This document shows, piece by piece, positions 1 to 10,578 of a stretch of DNA of 64,000 nt; the stretch's first letter is position 1, and every line of letters begins with the position of its first letter. The position numbers were made by a program, and so were the translations under genes. The notes under the pieces are model-generated. The model did no database searches. It was not told the DNA's origin and saw nothing but the letters and a program-made list of their open reading frames with translations. This stretch comes from an uncultured virus (IMG/VR IMGVR_UViG_3300037455_001519). Taxonomy: Duplodnaviria; Heunggongvirae; Uroviricota; Caudoviricetes. The DNA lies in the IMG/VR virus record IMGVR_UViG_3300037455_001519; one strand, 5' to 3'.

Positions 1-1611
1 TATATTAAACATCATATCTATTTCATTAGCATTAGATTTAGTTTCTAGTAAAATTGGTTTACTTAATTCAACTAATTGATTAGTTGTTATTTTAAATGTA
101 TTTAATTTATTAGAAACTGTATGATTGTAAGCTAAAATTTCTATATAGTATGAAGTATTTGGATTTAAATTATTTAATTGGCACACAACTTCATTGTCTG
201 AAATTATAGTACTTCCAAAAATATTTAAGTTATTTTCATTTAATCCATATCTACATAAATAAGAACTAGCATTAGATGATTTATCAAAAATAATTTCAGC
301 TTTATTTTTATCAATATTAATATGTTTAATAACTGGAACACTAGGTTTAGAGTATTCAGTTGTAAAAGTTGATATATCACTATCGACTGATTTATTACCA
401 TTTATTGCTGAAATTTTAAAATCATACGTGGTATTTTCTTTTAAGTCACCTATTTCACAATAAATATTATTATCATCAATAACTAAATTACTTGTATTGC
501 TCCATACAGAAGTATCTTTTTCTTTATAATAACAACTATATCGAGTAGCGTTTTCGCTAACTGTATATGTTAATTTTATAGAACTATCTGTAATAGCTGA
601 ACTAATATTTTTTTGTTTTGTTGGTGAAATAAATTCAGTTTCAGAACTCTTAATATCACTTTTAGAAATTTTATCTTTATTAATAGATTGAATTTGAACG
701 TAATATTTTGTTCCATCTTTTAAATTGTTAATAGAACATTGCATACCATTAACAACTTCTATAATTGTACCAGTTTTATCAAATTTTGAATTATCTTCTC
801 CATAATAGCAAGCATATTTTTCTGTATTAATAGTTTTATCAAAATTAACAGATAAACTATTAGTAGAAGAAATAATATTCTTTATTAAAGGAGTTTCTGG
901 TTGTAATATATATTCTTGTAATGATTCTGTTTTTTCTTCATTTTTATTATCTTCTTTATTAGATACATCTTCTACAATTTCTTTATTATCAACTATTTGC
1001 ACATCTAAATCTTCTGAAGGTTCAGGGTTGGAAACAGTATCAGTATTGTTAGACTTTGTATCTACATTTGTATTTTCAACTACATCTTCTTTATCTGTAT
1101 CATTAGTGTGTATTTCAGGTAAAGAAGTTGAAGTATCTTCTTTTTCAACAGAATTATTGTCTTCTTTTTTAATTTCTTCTTGCAATTCTTCAGGTTTTAT
1201 TATCTCGATAGAATCAATATTAGTTTTATTTGTTTCTTGTTCTTGTATTTCTTCTATCTTGTTTTCAATTTGTTTAATTTGATTATCTGAAACAGTATCT
1301 TTATCAATTTGTTTAATTTCTTCTTTTATTTCAGAAATTTTTTCAATTTTATTAACAAATTCATTATTAGATTGTGCTTCAGTAGTAGAAATTGCTACAT
1401 CTTCTTTTGTTAATATAGGATTATCGAAAATTTCGGATAATTTTTTATTAACAATAATTTCCTCCTTTGATTCAATTCTAGTATTTAAAGATTGGTGACT
1501 ATCTAATACATTTGTTGAAGTTCCTATTCCACTATTAAATAGAACGCATAATCCAACAATACTAAATATTCCAATACTAGAAAAAAGTAAAGTTAATTTT
1601 TTATTTTTCAT
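1..1611 (-). CDS. Membrane-anchored surface protein with Cys-containing FN3-like repeats (runs off left edge; missing from ORF track)
   Basis: GGAGG RBS, then ATG at 1611 (MKNKKLTLLFSSIGIFSIVGLCVLF, hydrophobic N-terminus) and an E/K-rich stalk. Repeats such as YSCYY...CEIGDLKENTTYDFKISAING resemble those in 20829-29789. Confidence 0.8.
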   Translation of the reverse strand, partial: MKNKKLTLLFSSIGIFSIVGLCVLFNSGIGTSTNVLDSHQSLNTRIESKEEIIVNKKLSEIFDNPILTKEDVAISTTEAQSNNEFVNKIEKISEIKEEIKQIDKDTVSDNQIKQIENKIEEIQEQETNKTNIDSIEIIKPEELQEEIKKEDNNSVEKEDTSTSLPEIHTNDTDKEDVVENTNVDTKSNNTDTVSNPEPSEDLDVQIVDNKEIVEDVSNKEDNKNEEKTESLQEYILQPETPLIKNIISSTNSLSVNFDKTINTEKYACYYGEDNSKFDKTGTIIEVVNGMQCSINNLKDGTKYYVQIQSINKDKISKSDIKSSETEFISPTKQKNISSAITDSSIKLTYTVSENATRYSCYYKEKDTSVWSNTSNLVIDDNNIYCEIGDLKENTTYDFKISAINGNKSVDSDISTFTTEYSKPSVPVIKHINIDKNKAEIIFDKSSNASSYLCRYGLNENNLNIFGSTIISDNEVVCQLNNLNPNTSYYIEILAYNHTVSNKLNTFKITTNQLVELSKPILLETKSNANEIDMMFNI

Positions 1612-1711
1612 ATAAATACCTCCTATAAAATTGAATCAATTACAATTATTATATTTTAGAATAAATAAGCGATTAAAATGAAAAATGAAGGGTTACTAAT
1701 CAAGAAAAACT

Positions 1712-1740
1712 TTGATTTTTTATCAATAAAATGATATAAT
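1712..1740 (+). promoter_or_regulatory. sigma-A promoter
   Basis: TTGATT-17bp-TATAAT with extended TG, upstream of the GGAGG RBS of 1777. Confidence 0.7.
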
Positions 1741-1776
1741 ATAAAAGAAATTATATATAAGGAGGGTTTATAAGAT

Positions 1777-2331
1777 ATGAAAACAGAAATTTCTTACGAA
1801 GAATTAATAGATGGAGAATCTAATTATGAAAAAGAAATAATTAAAAAAGCAAAAGAAAAAATGGCTAACAAAGAGATGATAACACAGGATATGTCTTTAG
1901 AAGATGCTATAATTTATGCAGGACAAAATTCTGAATCTTTTGTCAGAGAATTTAAGGCGTTAAATAAAAATAAATTAACTTTTAATATATTTGCTGCCTT
2001 ATTAGGACCAATTTATTTTATGTATAGAAAAATGTATCTATCTTCAGTATTATTTATACTACTATCATTAGTTATTGAAGATATTCCATTCTTAAATATA
2101 CTTTATATGTTATTAATGGGTATTGCAGCAAATTATATTTATTACAACAAAGCTTCTTACGAAATAAGAACAATTAATGAAAAATATAAAAATAATAATA
2201 CTGTAAGAAAAGAAATTTTAAGACAAACTGGTGGCGTTAATATTGCATTACCTATGATTTGTGTTTCTTTATTAGTAATCAGTTTAATGTTTTTAATGTC
2301 AATGTTATTTATAGCAGTATTACATATATAG
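1777..2331 (+). CDS. DUF2628-like membrane protein
   Basis: FNIFAALLGPIYFMYRKMY and ANYIYY...GGVN motifs, several TM segments. Confidence 0.7.
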   Translation: MKTEISYEELIDGESNYEKEIIKKAKEKMANKEMITQDMSLEDAIIYAGQNSESFVREFKALNKNKLTFNIFAALLGPIYFMYRKMYLSSVLFILLSLVIEDIPFLNILYMLLMGIAANYIYYNKASYEIRTINEKYKNNNTVRKEILRQTGGVNIALPMICVSLLVISLMFLMSMLFIAVLHI

Positions 2332-2342
2332 GAGAATAAATT

Positions 2343-3017
2343 ATGAAAAAAATAGATTTAACTAAGAAAAATAAAATATGTATCATATGTATATTAGGTT
2401 CTATTTTAATATGCAGTTTAGGATTATTTATATCAAATATGATATATGAATCTAAATTAAGAAATCCTGAAACGGTAGCGAAAGAGACTTTGAAAATCTT
2501 TTACGAAGATAAATATAACAAAAAAATGGCAAAATTTATTTTAAATGAAGATTCTGATAAGTATTTTGAAGAAATAGAAAAAGATTTATATTCAAGAGTT
2601 TATAATTCAATTAAGGTATTGGGTGACGAAGAATTAATTGAAGGTCAAGATGCAGTTAAGGTTGCAAAAGACTATTCACGTAAAAATATTGAGTTATTAA
2701 AAACAATTGATAATTATTCAATAGAAAACAGTATTAACAATAATGATTCATACATATATACAATTAAAGTGTATCCAAAAGATTTATCAAATGTTTATAC
2801 AGAAAAAAATGATTGTATAGTTAATGAATCAATCGCTTATCCAGAAGCTAATTATCAAACAATAATTAATTATTATTGTACAAACAAGAGTTTAACAAAT
2901 GATTTAAAAAATCAAGAAAATCCTATTACAATAAATATAACATTAAATAAAGATAAAAAAGGTTTCTTTAGACCAACTGAAGATTCATTAAAAACGCTTT
3001 TAAGTGTTGTTTCTTAA
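2343..3017 (+). CDS. Hypothetical membrane-anchored protein
   Basis: RBS GGAG, N-terminal TM helix, 224 aa. Confidence 0.7.
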   Translation: MKKIDLTKKNKICIICILGSILICSLGLFISNMIYESKLRNPETVAKETLKIFYEDKYNKKMAKFILNEDSDKYFEEIEKDLYSRVYNSIKVLGDEELIEGQDAVKVAKDYSRKNIELLKTIDNYSIENSINNNDSYIYTIKVYPKDLSNVYTEKNDCIVNESIAYPEANYQTIINYYCTNKSLTNDLKNQENPITINITLNKDKKGFFRPTEDSLKTLLSVVS

Positions 3018-3023
3018 TAGATA

Positions 3024-3052
3024 AAAAAAGACCTTGAAATGAGGTCTTTTTA
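3024..3052 (+). terminator. Intrinsic terminator
   Basis: AAAAGACCT-tgaaatg-AGGTCTTTTT hairpin plus U tract. Confidence 0.75.
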
Positions 3053-3147
3053 TTATGTCAATTCTGTCATAAAAGTCGAATTATCATTTAATTTTATAAA
3101 TAAAATAATAAGTAGATAGAACTTTGATAAAAGGAGTGATATTAATA

Positions 3148-3810
3148 ATGACAAGAAGAAAGAAAAAGATAATTGATAAAATACTCAAAACTGTTATTTC
3201 CATATGTTTTATTTTGGTGGTATGCTTTTTTGGAGTACATAAATATAACGATTATTTACAAGAATTAGAAGATTTAAAAGTTATTCAAGAGATAGAAAAA
3301 AATTTAAATTACAATAATAGCATATTTGAAGAAGTTATTCCAGATAATTCTTCAGAACAACATAATGTAGAAAGAATTGTAATTAATAGCAAAGATTTAT
3401 TAATATCCAATACATCATATATAGGTGTAATAGAAATTCCGCAATTAGGAGTAAAAAAACCTATAATACAAGGAATCACAAGAAAAGCCATTGCCTCTAA
3501 AGTTGGTTGGGAACCTCATAGTACTATGCCAGGAAATGGTGGTAATGTTGCATTAGCAGCACATAATTCATCAAGTTATTTTGGAAGAATTCATAGTCTT
3601 TCAAATGGAGATAAGATTATTGTTACAACAAAAGATGGAGTTTTTACTTATAAAGTATTTGATAAATTTAAAGTACATAAATCAGAAATTTGGATATATG
3701 ACAAAATTTCAAATTATGAAGAAACTATTACTTTAATAACTTGTGTATATCCAGATAATAATTATAGATGGATTGTAAGAGGAGAATTAATTAATATAGA
3801 AGATTTATAG
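3148..3810 (+). CDS. Sortase (class D-like)
   Basis: N-terminal TM; NVALAAHN (His), ITLITC (Cys), YRWIVRG (Arg) catalytic triad. Start moved to ATG 3148 after AAGGAG. Confidence 0.92.
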   Translation: MTRRKKKIIDKILKTVISICFILVVCFFGVHKYNDYLQELEDLKVIQEIEKNLNYNNSIFEEVIPDNSSEQHNVERIVINSKDLLISNTSYIGVIEIPQLGVKKPIIQGITRKAIASKVGWEPHSTMPGNGGNVALAAHNSSSYFGRIHSLSNGDKIIVTTKDGVFTYKVFDKFKVHKSEIWIYDKISNYEETITLITCVYPDNNYRWIVRGELINIEDL

Positions 3811-3952
3811 TTTAGTAATCTAAAATAAAAATCGAATATATATTTAATTCTTTTTTTATATAATAAGGTTGTAAGTAATGATAAATTACGCATATTTTTA
3901 GATTTATCTTAATTATTTACAAATTGCAAATATATTTGTGGGAGGAAAGTAA

Positions 3953-4735
3953 ATGATTAAAAGTATGAAAAGTTTTTTAAGAACTACTTTATTCTCTATA
4001 TCTTTGTTTGGACTTAGCTTTTGTGCTATTCCTGGAGTTAGTGCTCTAGAAATATTAGCAACAAACTATTCTATGAACGCAACATCTTCTAAGATGACAG
4101 CTCAAGAATTATGTGAAACTGCTAATTTAGTTACTACTGACCCTTCTTCAGGTGTTACTTGGGCTTGCTCTAGTGCCAATTTAGACACTACAAAAGCAGG
4201 TAGATATTCTATTAACATTAGAGCTAACGATGGTTCTAATTCAGAATTAAAAACTATCCAAGTAAGAGTAAAAGCTAATGTTTCTAATACCGCACCTGTA
4301 TTAGAATTAACCCAAAGCTCAGTAACTATTTATAAAGGTGACGAAATTAATTTAAATAGTTTCATCAAGACTGCTACAGATGCAGAAGACGGTAATTTAA
4401 CGCCTACAATAACTAAAAATTTAGATACAGGTAAAGCCGGAGTATATTCAGTAACATATACAATTACTGATGCTCAAGGACTAAAAGATACTAAAAAGCT
4501 TACGGTTAAAGTTATCGCTAAAAGTTCTGAAAGTAATGAGGCAGAAACTATAGTTGTTGACAATAATCAAACTGAACAAGCTCAAACAACAGTTGAAAAT
4601 ACATCAGCTGTAGAAAATAGACAAGAATTACCAAGCACAGCAGATACTACAATGATAAATTTAGGTATTGCTGTAATAGGCTTAGCTGCAATTGGTACAG
4701 TTTTATTTAAAAGAAAAAGAGAATTAGTTGACTAA
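3953..4735 (+). CDS. Cell-wall-anchored protein with Ig-like (DUF5011-type) domains and LPSTA sorting signal
   Basis: Signal peptide; ATDAEDGNLT...DTGKAGVYSVTYTITD Ig motif; C-terminal LPSTA + hydrophobic helix + KRKR. Confidence 0.85.
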   Translation: MIKSMKSFLRTTLFSISLFGLSFCAIPGVSALEILATNYSMNATSSKMTAQELCETANLVTTDPSSGVTWACSSANLDTTKAGRYSINIRANDGSNSELKTIQVRVKANVSNTAPVLELTQSSVTIYKGDEINLNSFIKTATDAEDGNLTPTITKNLDTGKAGVYSVTYTITDAQGLKDTKKLTVKVIAKSSESNEAETIVVDNNQTEQAQTTVENTSAVENRQELPSTADTTMINLGIAVIGLAAIGTVLFKRKRELVD

Positions 4736-4741
4736 AAAAAT

Positions 4742-4769
4742 AAAAAGACCTTATTTAAAGGTCTTTTTT
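4742..4769. terminator. Bidirectional terminator
   Basis: AAAAAGACCTT-attt-AAAGGTCTTTTT between convergent genes. Confidence 0.75.
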
Positions 4770-4780
4770 ATTTGAAGATT

Positions 4781-5353
4781 TTAATCCATATCAAATGGAC
4801 ATTCATCTTCTTCTGCAACTGTTTCAGCAACAGTTTCTTCTGCAACTGGAGCTTCAGCTGCATCTTTTTGGACTCTGTCATAATCCATTACGATTAAAGT
4901 TGGAACATATTTTCCATCTTTATTTTCGTAACCACTAAAGAAAGCATCCTTAACTGCGATAAATGCAGAATCACCTTCAGGTTCTTCTTTTAATGTTACA
5001 CTCATATTTGCATATGTTGTGTTTCCATTATATTCATTTTTTGCAGAAGTTTGCCATTTACCGAATTGGTTTTTGTTAACCCACATTCTAGCAATTGGAC
5101 TTGTTGCTTCTTTTGTGTTATCATCAGCAACTTCATAGTTGTTAACGATAATTTTTGGAGTTCCGTTAGCTCCAACACCTAACATAAATGAATTTATTTG
5201 TACAAATTCAGTTTTAGCAGGTGCTTCGATTTTTGTTGATAAGTTGGCAGGAATAAAACCGGTTTTCTTTTCGCCAGCTTTATTTGTGTATTTTACACCA
5301 ATGCTGTAAGATACCTTTCCATCTTTTTCAACTTTATTTAAGTAACATTTCAT
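4781..5353 (-). CDS. Putative single-stranded DNA-binding protein (two tandem beta-rich units, acidic tail)
   Basis: Internal duplication ending PKIIVNNYE / PTLIVMDYD; acidic tail EEDECPFDMD typical of SSBs; divergent from the DnaQ-like gene. Confidence 0.55.
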   Translation of the reverse strand: MKCYLNKVEKDGKVSYSIGVKYTNKAGEKKTGFIPANLSTKIEAPAKTEFVQINSFMLGVGANGTPKIIVNNYEVADDNTKEATSPIARMWVNKNQFGKWQTSAKNEYNGNTTYANMSVTLKEEPEGDSAFIAVKDAFFSGYENKDGKYVPTLIVMDYDRVQKDAAEAPVAEETVAETVAEEDECPFDMD

Positions 5354-5613
5354 ATTATCCTCTCCTTTCGTATATTTTATTTTTTCAAAGCATCATCAAA
5401 GACAATGCATAAGATAAAATAAAATGTTAACTTACAATACATTATATCATATTTTAAGATAGATTACAATATTTTTTATTTTATCTTGCAAAAATAACTA
5501 TTTTTTGATATAATATACTTAAATTAAAAGTTTTATTTATTAACATAAAATACAGTAAAATAATGATGTAAAAGTATTACATAATTTTATATACCTGGAA
5601 GGAGGGAATATCT

Positions 5614-6513
5614 ATGAATACTTTTGAAAAAGGCGGGAGCTATTTATCTGATGGAAAGATAAAATATTTCGTTCCGTCTAATAAGATGAATATGGTTTCT
5701 AAATTAAAAAATAATAAATTTATTGTTTTTGACTTAGAAACAACTGCATTAAAACCTGATATTAATTACGGTAAAATTATTGAAATTGGTGCAGTGAAAA
5801 TCGAGGATAATAAAGTAATAGATAGATTTTCTACCTTTATTAATCCCGGTATGAAGATTCCTCAAAAAATTGTTGATTTAACTCATATAACTGATGATAT
5901 GGTTAAAGATGGTCCAGACATTTGGACTGCTGTTAGACAATTTAATGACTTTATTGAAGATGGCTATGTTTTAGTAGCACATAACGCTCGTTTTGATGTA
6001 ACATTTTTAACATATTGGTTGAATAAGATGGGTTTATTTTATGATGCTGACGCTTATGTCTGTACTATGGAAATAGATAAGATAATTCATCCCGATGCAC
6101 AAAATCATAAATTATGTACTTGTATTCAACATTACGGAATTGTTAATAATGCTGCGCATCGAGCAGTAGATGATGCTGAAGCAACAGCTAATTTATTAAT
6201 AAAGCAAAAAGAGGAATTAATTAAAACATTAGATAATGTAAATTATACGTTTTCTAATGAGGGTAAAACAATTGATGTTAATTTATTAAAAATTCGAAGT
6301 TATTCAGATTGGAAAAAACCAGCTGATAAAAATCACGGAGTTTTAGATAGATTATATGTTAATTTATATTACCCAGACGACCAAGTATACGGTTCTGTAT
6401 ATTATGACAGATTAACTCAAACTTGGTTTAATAAAGATTTTCCAGAAACTTATATTTTAGATTTTGGGAAATTAGAAGAAGTAATCAAAGCGCTTAGAAA
6501 GGGGGCATTATAA
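5614..6513 (+). CDS. DEDDh 3'-5' exonuclease (DnaQ/PolC-exo-like)
   Basis: VFDLETT (ExoI), VAHNARFD (ExoII), HRAVDDAEAT (ExoIII). Confidence 0.92.
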   Translation: MNTFEKGGSYLSDGKIKYFVPSNKMNMVSKLKNNKFIVFDLETTALKPDINYGKIIEIGAVKIEDNKVIDRFSTFINPGMKIPQKIVDLTHITDDMVKDGPDIWTAVRQFNDFIEDGYVLVAHNARFDVTFLTYWLNKMGLFYDADAYVCTMEIDKIIHPDAQNHKLCTCIQHYGIVNNAAHRAVDDAEATANLLIKQKEELIKTLDNVNYTFSNEGKTIDVNLLKIRSYSDWKKPADKNHGVLDRLYVNLYYPDDQVYGSVYYDRLTQTWFNKDFPETYILDFGKLEEVIKALRKGAL

Positions 6514-7574
6514 TGATTACTACAACTAAAGATGAAATTTCAAAAATTATTAAAATGAGAAAAGTTCTTGAAAGCAATTATGACTTAGAAAGTATATCTA
6601 CTTTTAAAACATCATTATGCTTTAAAAAAGATAAACTTTATATAATTGTAAATCAAGAAGATAATTATTTACAAATATCTTTAGATATCTTTGATAATAA
6701 TGAAGAAATTTCGTTTGAAACAACTTTTGATGAAGTATTAAAAATAGCTAAAACTTTTACAAAAAAAGCTGACATTAATGTAATTATTAATGACAATAGT
6801 GTCTCTTTTGAAGCTTTGCAAGACAAAGACCTAGTAAAAGAAACTATTATGATTCAAAAAGGAGACTCAACTCCTATTCGTAATTTAAAAGGCTCTGATG
6901 TTTCATCAATAGATTTATTAACAAGTTTAATAGCTTGTTATAAAATCTCTAAAAAAATGGAAGTTATAGCAGATATAAATAGTCAAATTAAAATATCTGT
7001 TGTAGACAATATTTTAAATATAATGTCAAATTCGAATGATGCAATCATTAAAGGTTCTTTTGATTTTATAGGAAAAAATACTAATTTCTATTTAGAAAAA
7101 GAAAATGTAAAAATGGTATATTCTTGTATTCAAGAATCTAAAAGTCTAACTAGTACAATAAGTATTTATGAAGGACTTATTATCCAAGCTGGTTGTTTTA
7201 TTATTTGGAGTAAAAAATCTTCAAGACCAAGTTTTAATATAGAATCATTAATTGATAATATTGAAACAAAATTAGATTTTTCTAAAATTGAAAATTCAGT
7301 TATAGATGAAGCTAATATTAATAAAAGAGATATTGAAGAAAGAATTTGTTATTTAGATAACGAAACGCTTACTTCTAATACTACATCAACCGTATTTTCT
7401 AATATTTCAATTATAGAAGCTGGTTATGCCGATAAAAAAATTAGTGAGCTTTTAAAAATAAAATCACTTGAATTAGATGAATTAGAAATGTATGTCGATA
7501 AAAAATATAATATATTAAAAATGAAAAATGATTTTTTAACATATTATGTTCTTCCACAAAAAAAGACCAATTAA
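6513..7574 (+). CDS. Putative highly divergent DNA polymerase III beta sliding clamp
   Basis: 353 aa (clamp-sized), TAATG-coupled to the exonuclease; C-terminal LTYYVLPQK resembles the DnaN end (YLIMPVR). Confidence 0.45.
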   Translation: MITTTKDEISKIIKMRKVLESNYDLESISTFKTSLCFKKDKLYIIVNQEDNYLQISLDIFDNNEEISFETTFDEVLKIAKTFTKKADINVIINDNSVSFEALQDKDLVKETIMIQKGDSTPIRNLKGSDVSSIDLLTSLIACYKISKKMEVIADINSQIKISVVDNILNIMSNSNDAIIKGSFDFIGKNTNFYLEKENVKMVYSCIQESKSLTSTISIYEGLIIQAGCFIIWSKKSSRPSFNIESLIDNIETKLDFSKIENSVIDEANINKRDIEERICYLDNETLTSNTTSTVFSNISIIEAGYADKKISELLKIKSLELDELEMYVDKKYNILKMKNDFLTYYVLPQKKTN

Positions 7575-7587
7575 ATGGTCTTTTTTT
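7561..7587. terminator. Bidirectional terminator
   Basis: AAAAGACCA-attaaa-TGGTCTTTT between convergent genes. Confidence 0.75.
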
Positions 7588-7588
7588 A

Positions 7589-8317
7589 TTATTCTAAAGT
7601 TCTTTGTTCGAAATATACATTTAAATTATCTAAAGCGTTTCTAATATAAGAAGCAATATCGTTATAATTTTCATTTTGTTCTAATGTATTTATGTCAATT
7701 TTAATGATAAAATCTATCATAATAGGTTCATTTATATCTTTACTACTTTTTGTATATACAGGAGTAAATTCGGTTTTTATATAATTTGACCTTAATAATT
7801 CTGAATGACAAAAGTCTGTCATTATCTTCTTTATTCTTAAAATAAAGAATGGAACAATACATTTTGAAGCTATTTTTAAGTATGCCTCATTATTATTTTC
7901 TAAACCAACATAGTTTTGCATTACATCTTTAGTTAACTTTATTGTTTTATAAACATCTAAAGTTTGTAAATTGTCTGAAATTTTTAGTGCACTTCTTTCG
8001 ATTTCAACTTCTTGTAATGTAATCTGTTCCATTAATCTATTTGCAAATATAGCAATTTCTTCTTCAATTTGTTCTTTGGTTTTCTTATATTTATTATCTT
8101 TTAATAAAATATTTTGAAATTCTTCAATACTAACAGAATTATTTAATAAAGCATTTTTAACTTCTTCATTTATAATTCCGCCTTTATAATATCTTTCATT
8201 AATAATAAATTTAGTATCTTCAAGAACGAATGGATTTGGGTCTCCAGAAGTATACCATTCTGAAATAACTTGTTTTCTAGCAATTAGCTCCTCTCCTAAT
8301 CTATTAATTATTTTCAT
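7589..8317 (-). CDS. Hypothetical protein
   Basis: Long ORF, GGAGG RBS before ATG 8317. Confidence 0.75.
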   Translation of the reverse strand: MKIINRLGEELIARKQVISEWYTSGDPNPFVLEDTKFIINERYYKGGIINEEVKNALLNNSVSIEEFQNILLKDNKYKKTKEQIEEEIAIFANRLMEQITLQEVEIERSALKISDNLQTLDVYKTIKLTKDVMQNYVGLENNNEAYLKIASKCIVPFFILRIKKIMTDFCHSELLRSNYIKTEFTPVYTKSSKDINEPIMIDFIIKIDINTLEQNENYNDIASYIRNALDNLNVYFEQRTLE

Positions 8318-9071
8318 TTTCACTACCTCCTAAGTCGTTAAAAATATCTTTTACATTAATTATTTCTGTATATTCCTCAATATTTGGAACAACAACATCT
8401 TCTTTAAAATCATAAAGAGTAGATTCATAAGATGCAACTCCAATTACTGAAGTATCCTTAATAAAGTTATGTTCTAAAATAGGAGCAAGATTTATTTCTG
8501 TTTTATAACAATAATTATCTTTTATCCCGTTTCTAATAGAAATTGATTTAATATCTTTAATATTTTCACTATTGTTAAAAGATAATATAGAACCCATTTG
8601 TTTTAAAAGTGCATTTATATTATCATCAATTTTTATTGAAGATTGATAATACATAATCTTTTCATCTTTAGAATGAATATTAATATAATTTACATCTTCA
8701 ATTTCTTTTTGTTTGATATTTTTTAGTAAATCAATTAATGAATAATTTATTTTAAAATAAGAATCGTTGTATTTTAAAAATAAATTTTTATTTATTTCAT
8801 AAAGTTTAAGTTCAACAACATTATTATTTATATTTAATTTAATATTTCCATTTATCTTATTTTCTTTTGTATCAAAAGCGATGTCACCAGTTGCGGTAAT
8901 ACTCGTATCATCTACCGCATAATTAATTAAAATATTCTTTTTGAATTTTTGATAACCAGAAGATTCTGAGATTATTTCCTTAGCATCTTGATTAGATATT
9001 TCTTTTGTTGAGCATCCTGTAATACCAAAAATACTACATAATACTATAAAACTTAACAATATTTTTTTCAT
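8304..9071 (-). CDS. Lipoprotein
   Basis: MKK + hydrophobic stretch + lipobox ITGC. Confidence 0.75.
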   Translation of the reverse strand: MKKILLSFIVLCSIFGITGCSTKEISNQDAKEIISESSGYQKFKKNILINYAVDDTSITATGDIAFDTKENKINGNIKLNINNNVVELKLYEINKNLFLKYNDSYFKINYSLIDLLKNIKQKEIEDVNYINIHSKDEKIMYYQSSIKIDDNINALLKQMGSILSFNNSENIKDIKSISIRNGIKDNYCYKTEINLAPILEHNFIKDTSVIGVASYESTLYDFKEDVVVPNIEEYTEIINVKDIFNDLGGSENENN

Positions 9072-9230
9072 TATATCATCCCTCTTTTTTTCATATCTAT
9101 ATATTTTATAACAACATCAAATCGTAAATAACCCTTTTATGTTAAAGCAGAATAAATTTTGGAATAAGTAAAAATAATGATATAATATTAAATGTAAGAT
9201 ACAAAAAATATCAATAGGAAGTGATAAACA

Positions 9231-10016
9231 GTGACAACAAAAATAAAAAGTGTAACTTCTGATATTATCATTCAGAATCAGAAAAAAAGTATTAAATTTG
9301 AAAATAAATTAAAAACATTAGATATAAAATATCGTTATTTAAAAAATAGTTATATAATTTCAGAAATAAATGATGACGATATAAATATATTTATAAATAT
9401 ATTAGCTTGGGAAATAATTAACTCTTTTAATGTAAAAATTAAATTTTTAGATGATAGTTATTCGGAGAATTTTGTTAATTATGTTAATAAAAACCCTTTT
9501 ATTACAATATATGTAAAAGATAAATTAACGGAATATTTTATGAATGATAATTCCGTAATCGATATAGAAAAGTTTATTAAATATAATCTACACAATTTAA
9601 ATTCTGAGTATGAAAAACTGTTGGATAAAATTGATAAAAAAGAAACTTTTAATAAATATATTTTAAAAAGTGTTTTATTTAATGATGATAGATTAAAAAA
9701 TGTTAAAGAATTAAATATAAGATTTATAAGTTATAAAGATATTAATGATTTTGATTGCGAAATCACAACGGACAACAATTTAAAAATAAATTCATTGTTA
9801 GTAGATTCAACAATTAGACTTTATAATTTATCACCTTCATTAAAATCTAGTAAATCTATAATGAAAAACGAAATGAATGCTGCAGTCGCAACTATTATTA
9901 GTATTTGCCCTGCTAAAGTTAATTTTAGTGGTAAATACAATAAAAAAATTGTAAACAATATAATAAAAGAAGTTTCGAAAAATTGTATAAACAATATTGA
10001 TTATGAATTAAAGTAG
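9231..10016 (+). CDS. Hypothetical protein (weak YtxC-like resemblance)
   Basis: GTG start after AGGAAG; IDIEKFIKYNL segment recalls YtxC; family uncertain. Confidence 0.6.
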   Translation: MTTKIKSVTSDIIIQNQKKSIKFENKLKTLDIKYRYLKNSYIISEINDDDINIFINILAWEIINSFNVKIKFLDDSYSENFVNYVNKNPFITIYVKDKLTEYFMNDNSVIDIEKFIKYNLHNLNSEYEKLLDKIDKKETFNKYILKSVLFNDDRLKNVKELNIRFISYKDINDFDCEITTDNNLKINSLLVDSTIRLYNLSPSLKSSKSIMKNEMNAAVATIISICPAKVNFSGKYNKKIVNNIIKEVSKNCINNIDYELK

Positions 10017-10027
10017 GTGAAAAAATA

Positions 10028-10564
10028 ATGGAAGAATTTTATTTTCTTGGATATGACCAAGGAGTAGCAAATTCAGGAATAGCAGTTTTAAAATTTAAAT
10101 TATATAAAAGTGGAAAATTAAAAAAAGAAGTTGTGTATTACAAATGGGTAAAAACTTCTTCAAAAGACGAAATGCCTCAAAGATTATGTAAAATTTACGA
10201 TGAGTTAGATTATGCTTTTCGAAATTTTGATATATCAGCAGTAGCCTGTGAAAAATTATGGAAAAATGACACTAATAAAAGAACAGGAAGAAATTCATCT
10301 GCTGGTATGATGAGTGCAAATACGTCTTCTGCAATTTTAATGCTATTAGCCGGGAAAAATGATATATATTTTAGACAATATGTTCCAGCAACAGTAAAAA
10401 AAATCTCTACAGGTTCTGGATTGGCTAAAAAAGAAGATATGATTAATTATGTATTAAAAGAATATAAAATTAAAGATAATATTTGTGAACATATAGCTGA
10501 TGCAATATGTATCGGCAACGCAATAGGAATAGAATATTTACAAAATTGCGGATTAATTTATTAA
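10028..10564 (+). CDS. ruvC: Holliday junction resolvase RuvC
   Basis: LGYDQGVANSG, VACEK, YVPATVKKISTGSGLAKKEDM, HIADAICIG motifs. Confidence 0.9.
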   Translation: MEEFYFLGYDQGVANSGIAVLKFKLYKSGKLKKEVVYYKWVKTSSKDEMPQRLCKIYDELDYAFRNFDISAVACEKLWKNDTNKRTGRNSSAGMMSANTSSAILMLLAGKNDIYFRQYVPATVKKISTGSGLAKKEDMINYVLKEYKIKDNICEHIADAICIGNAIGIEYLQNCGLIY

Positions 10565-10578
10565 AAGAGGTGATTTCT

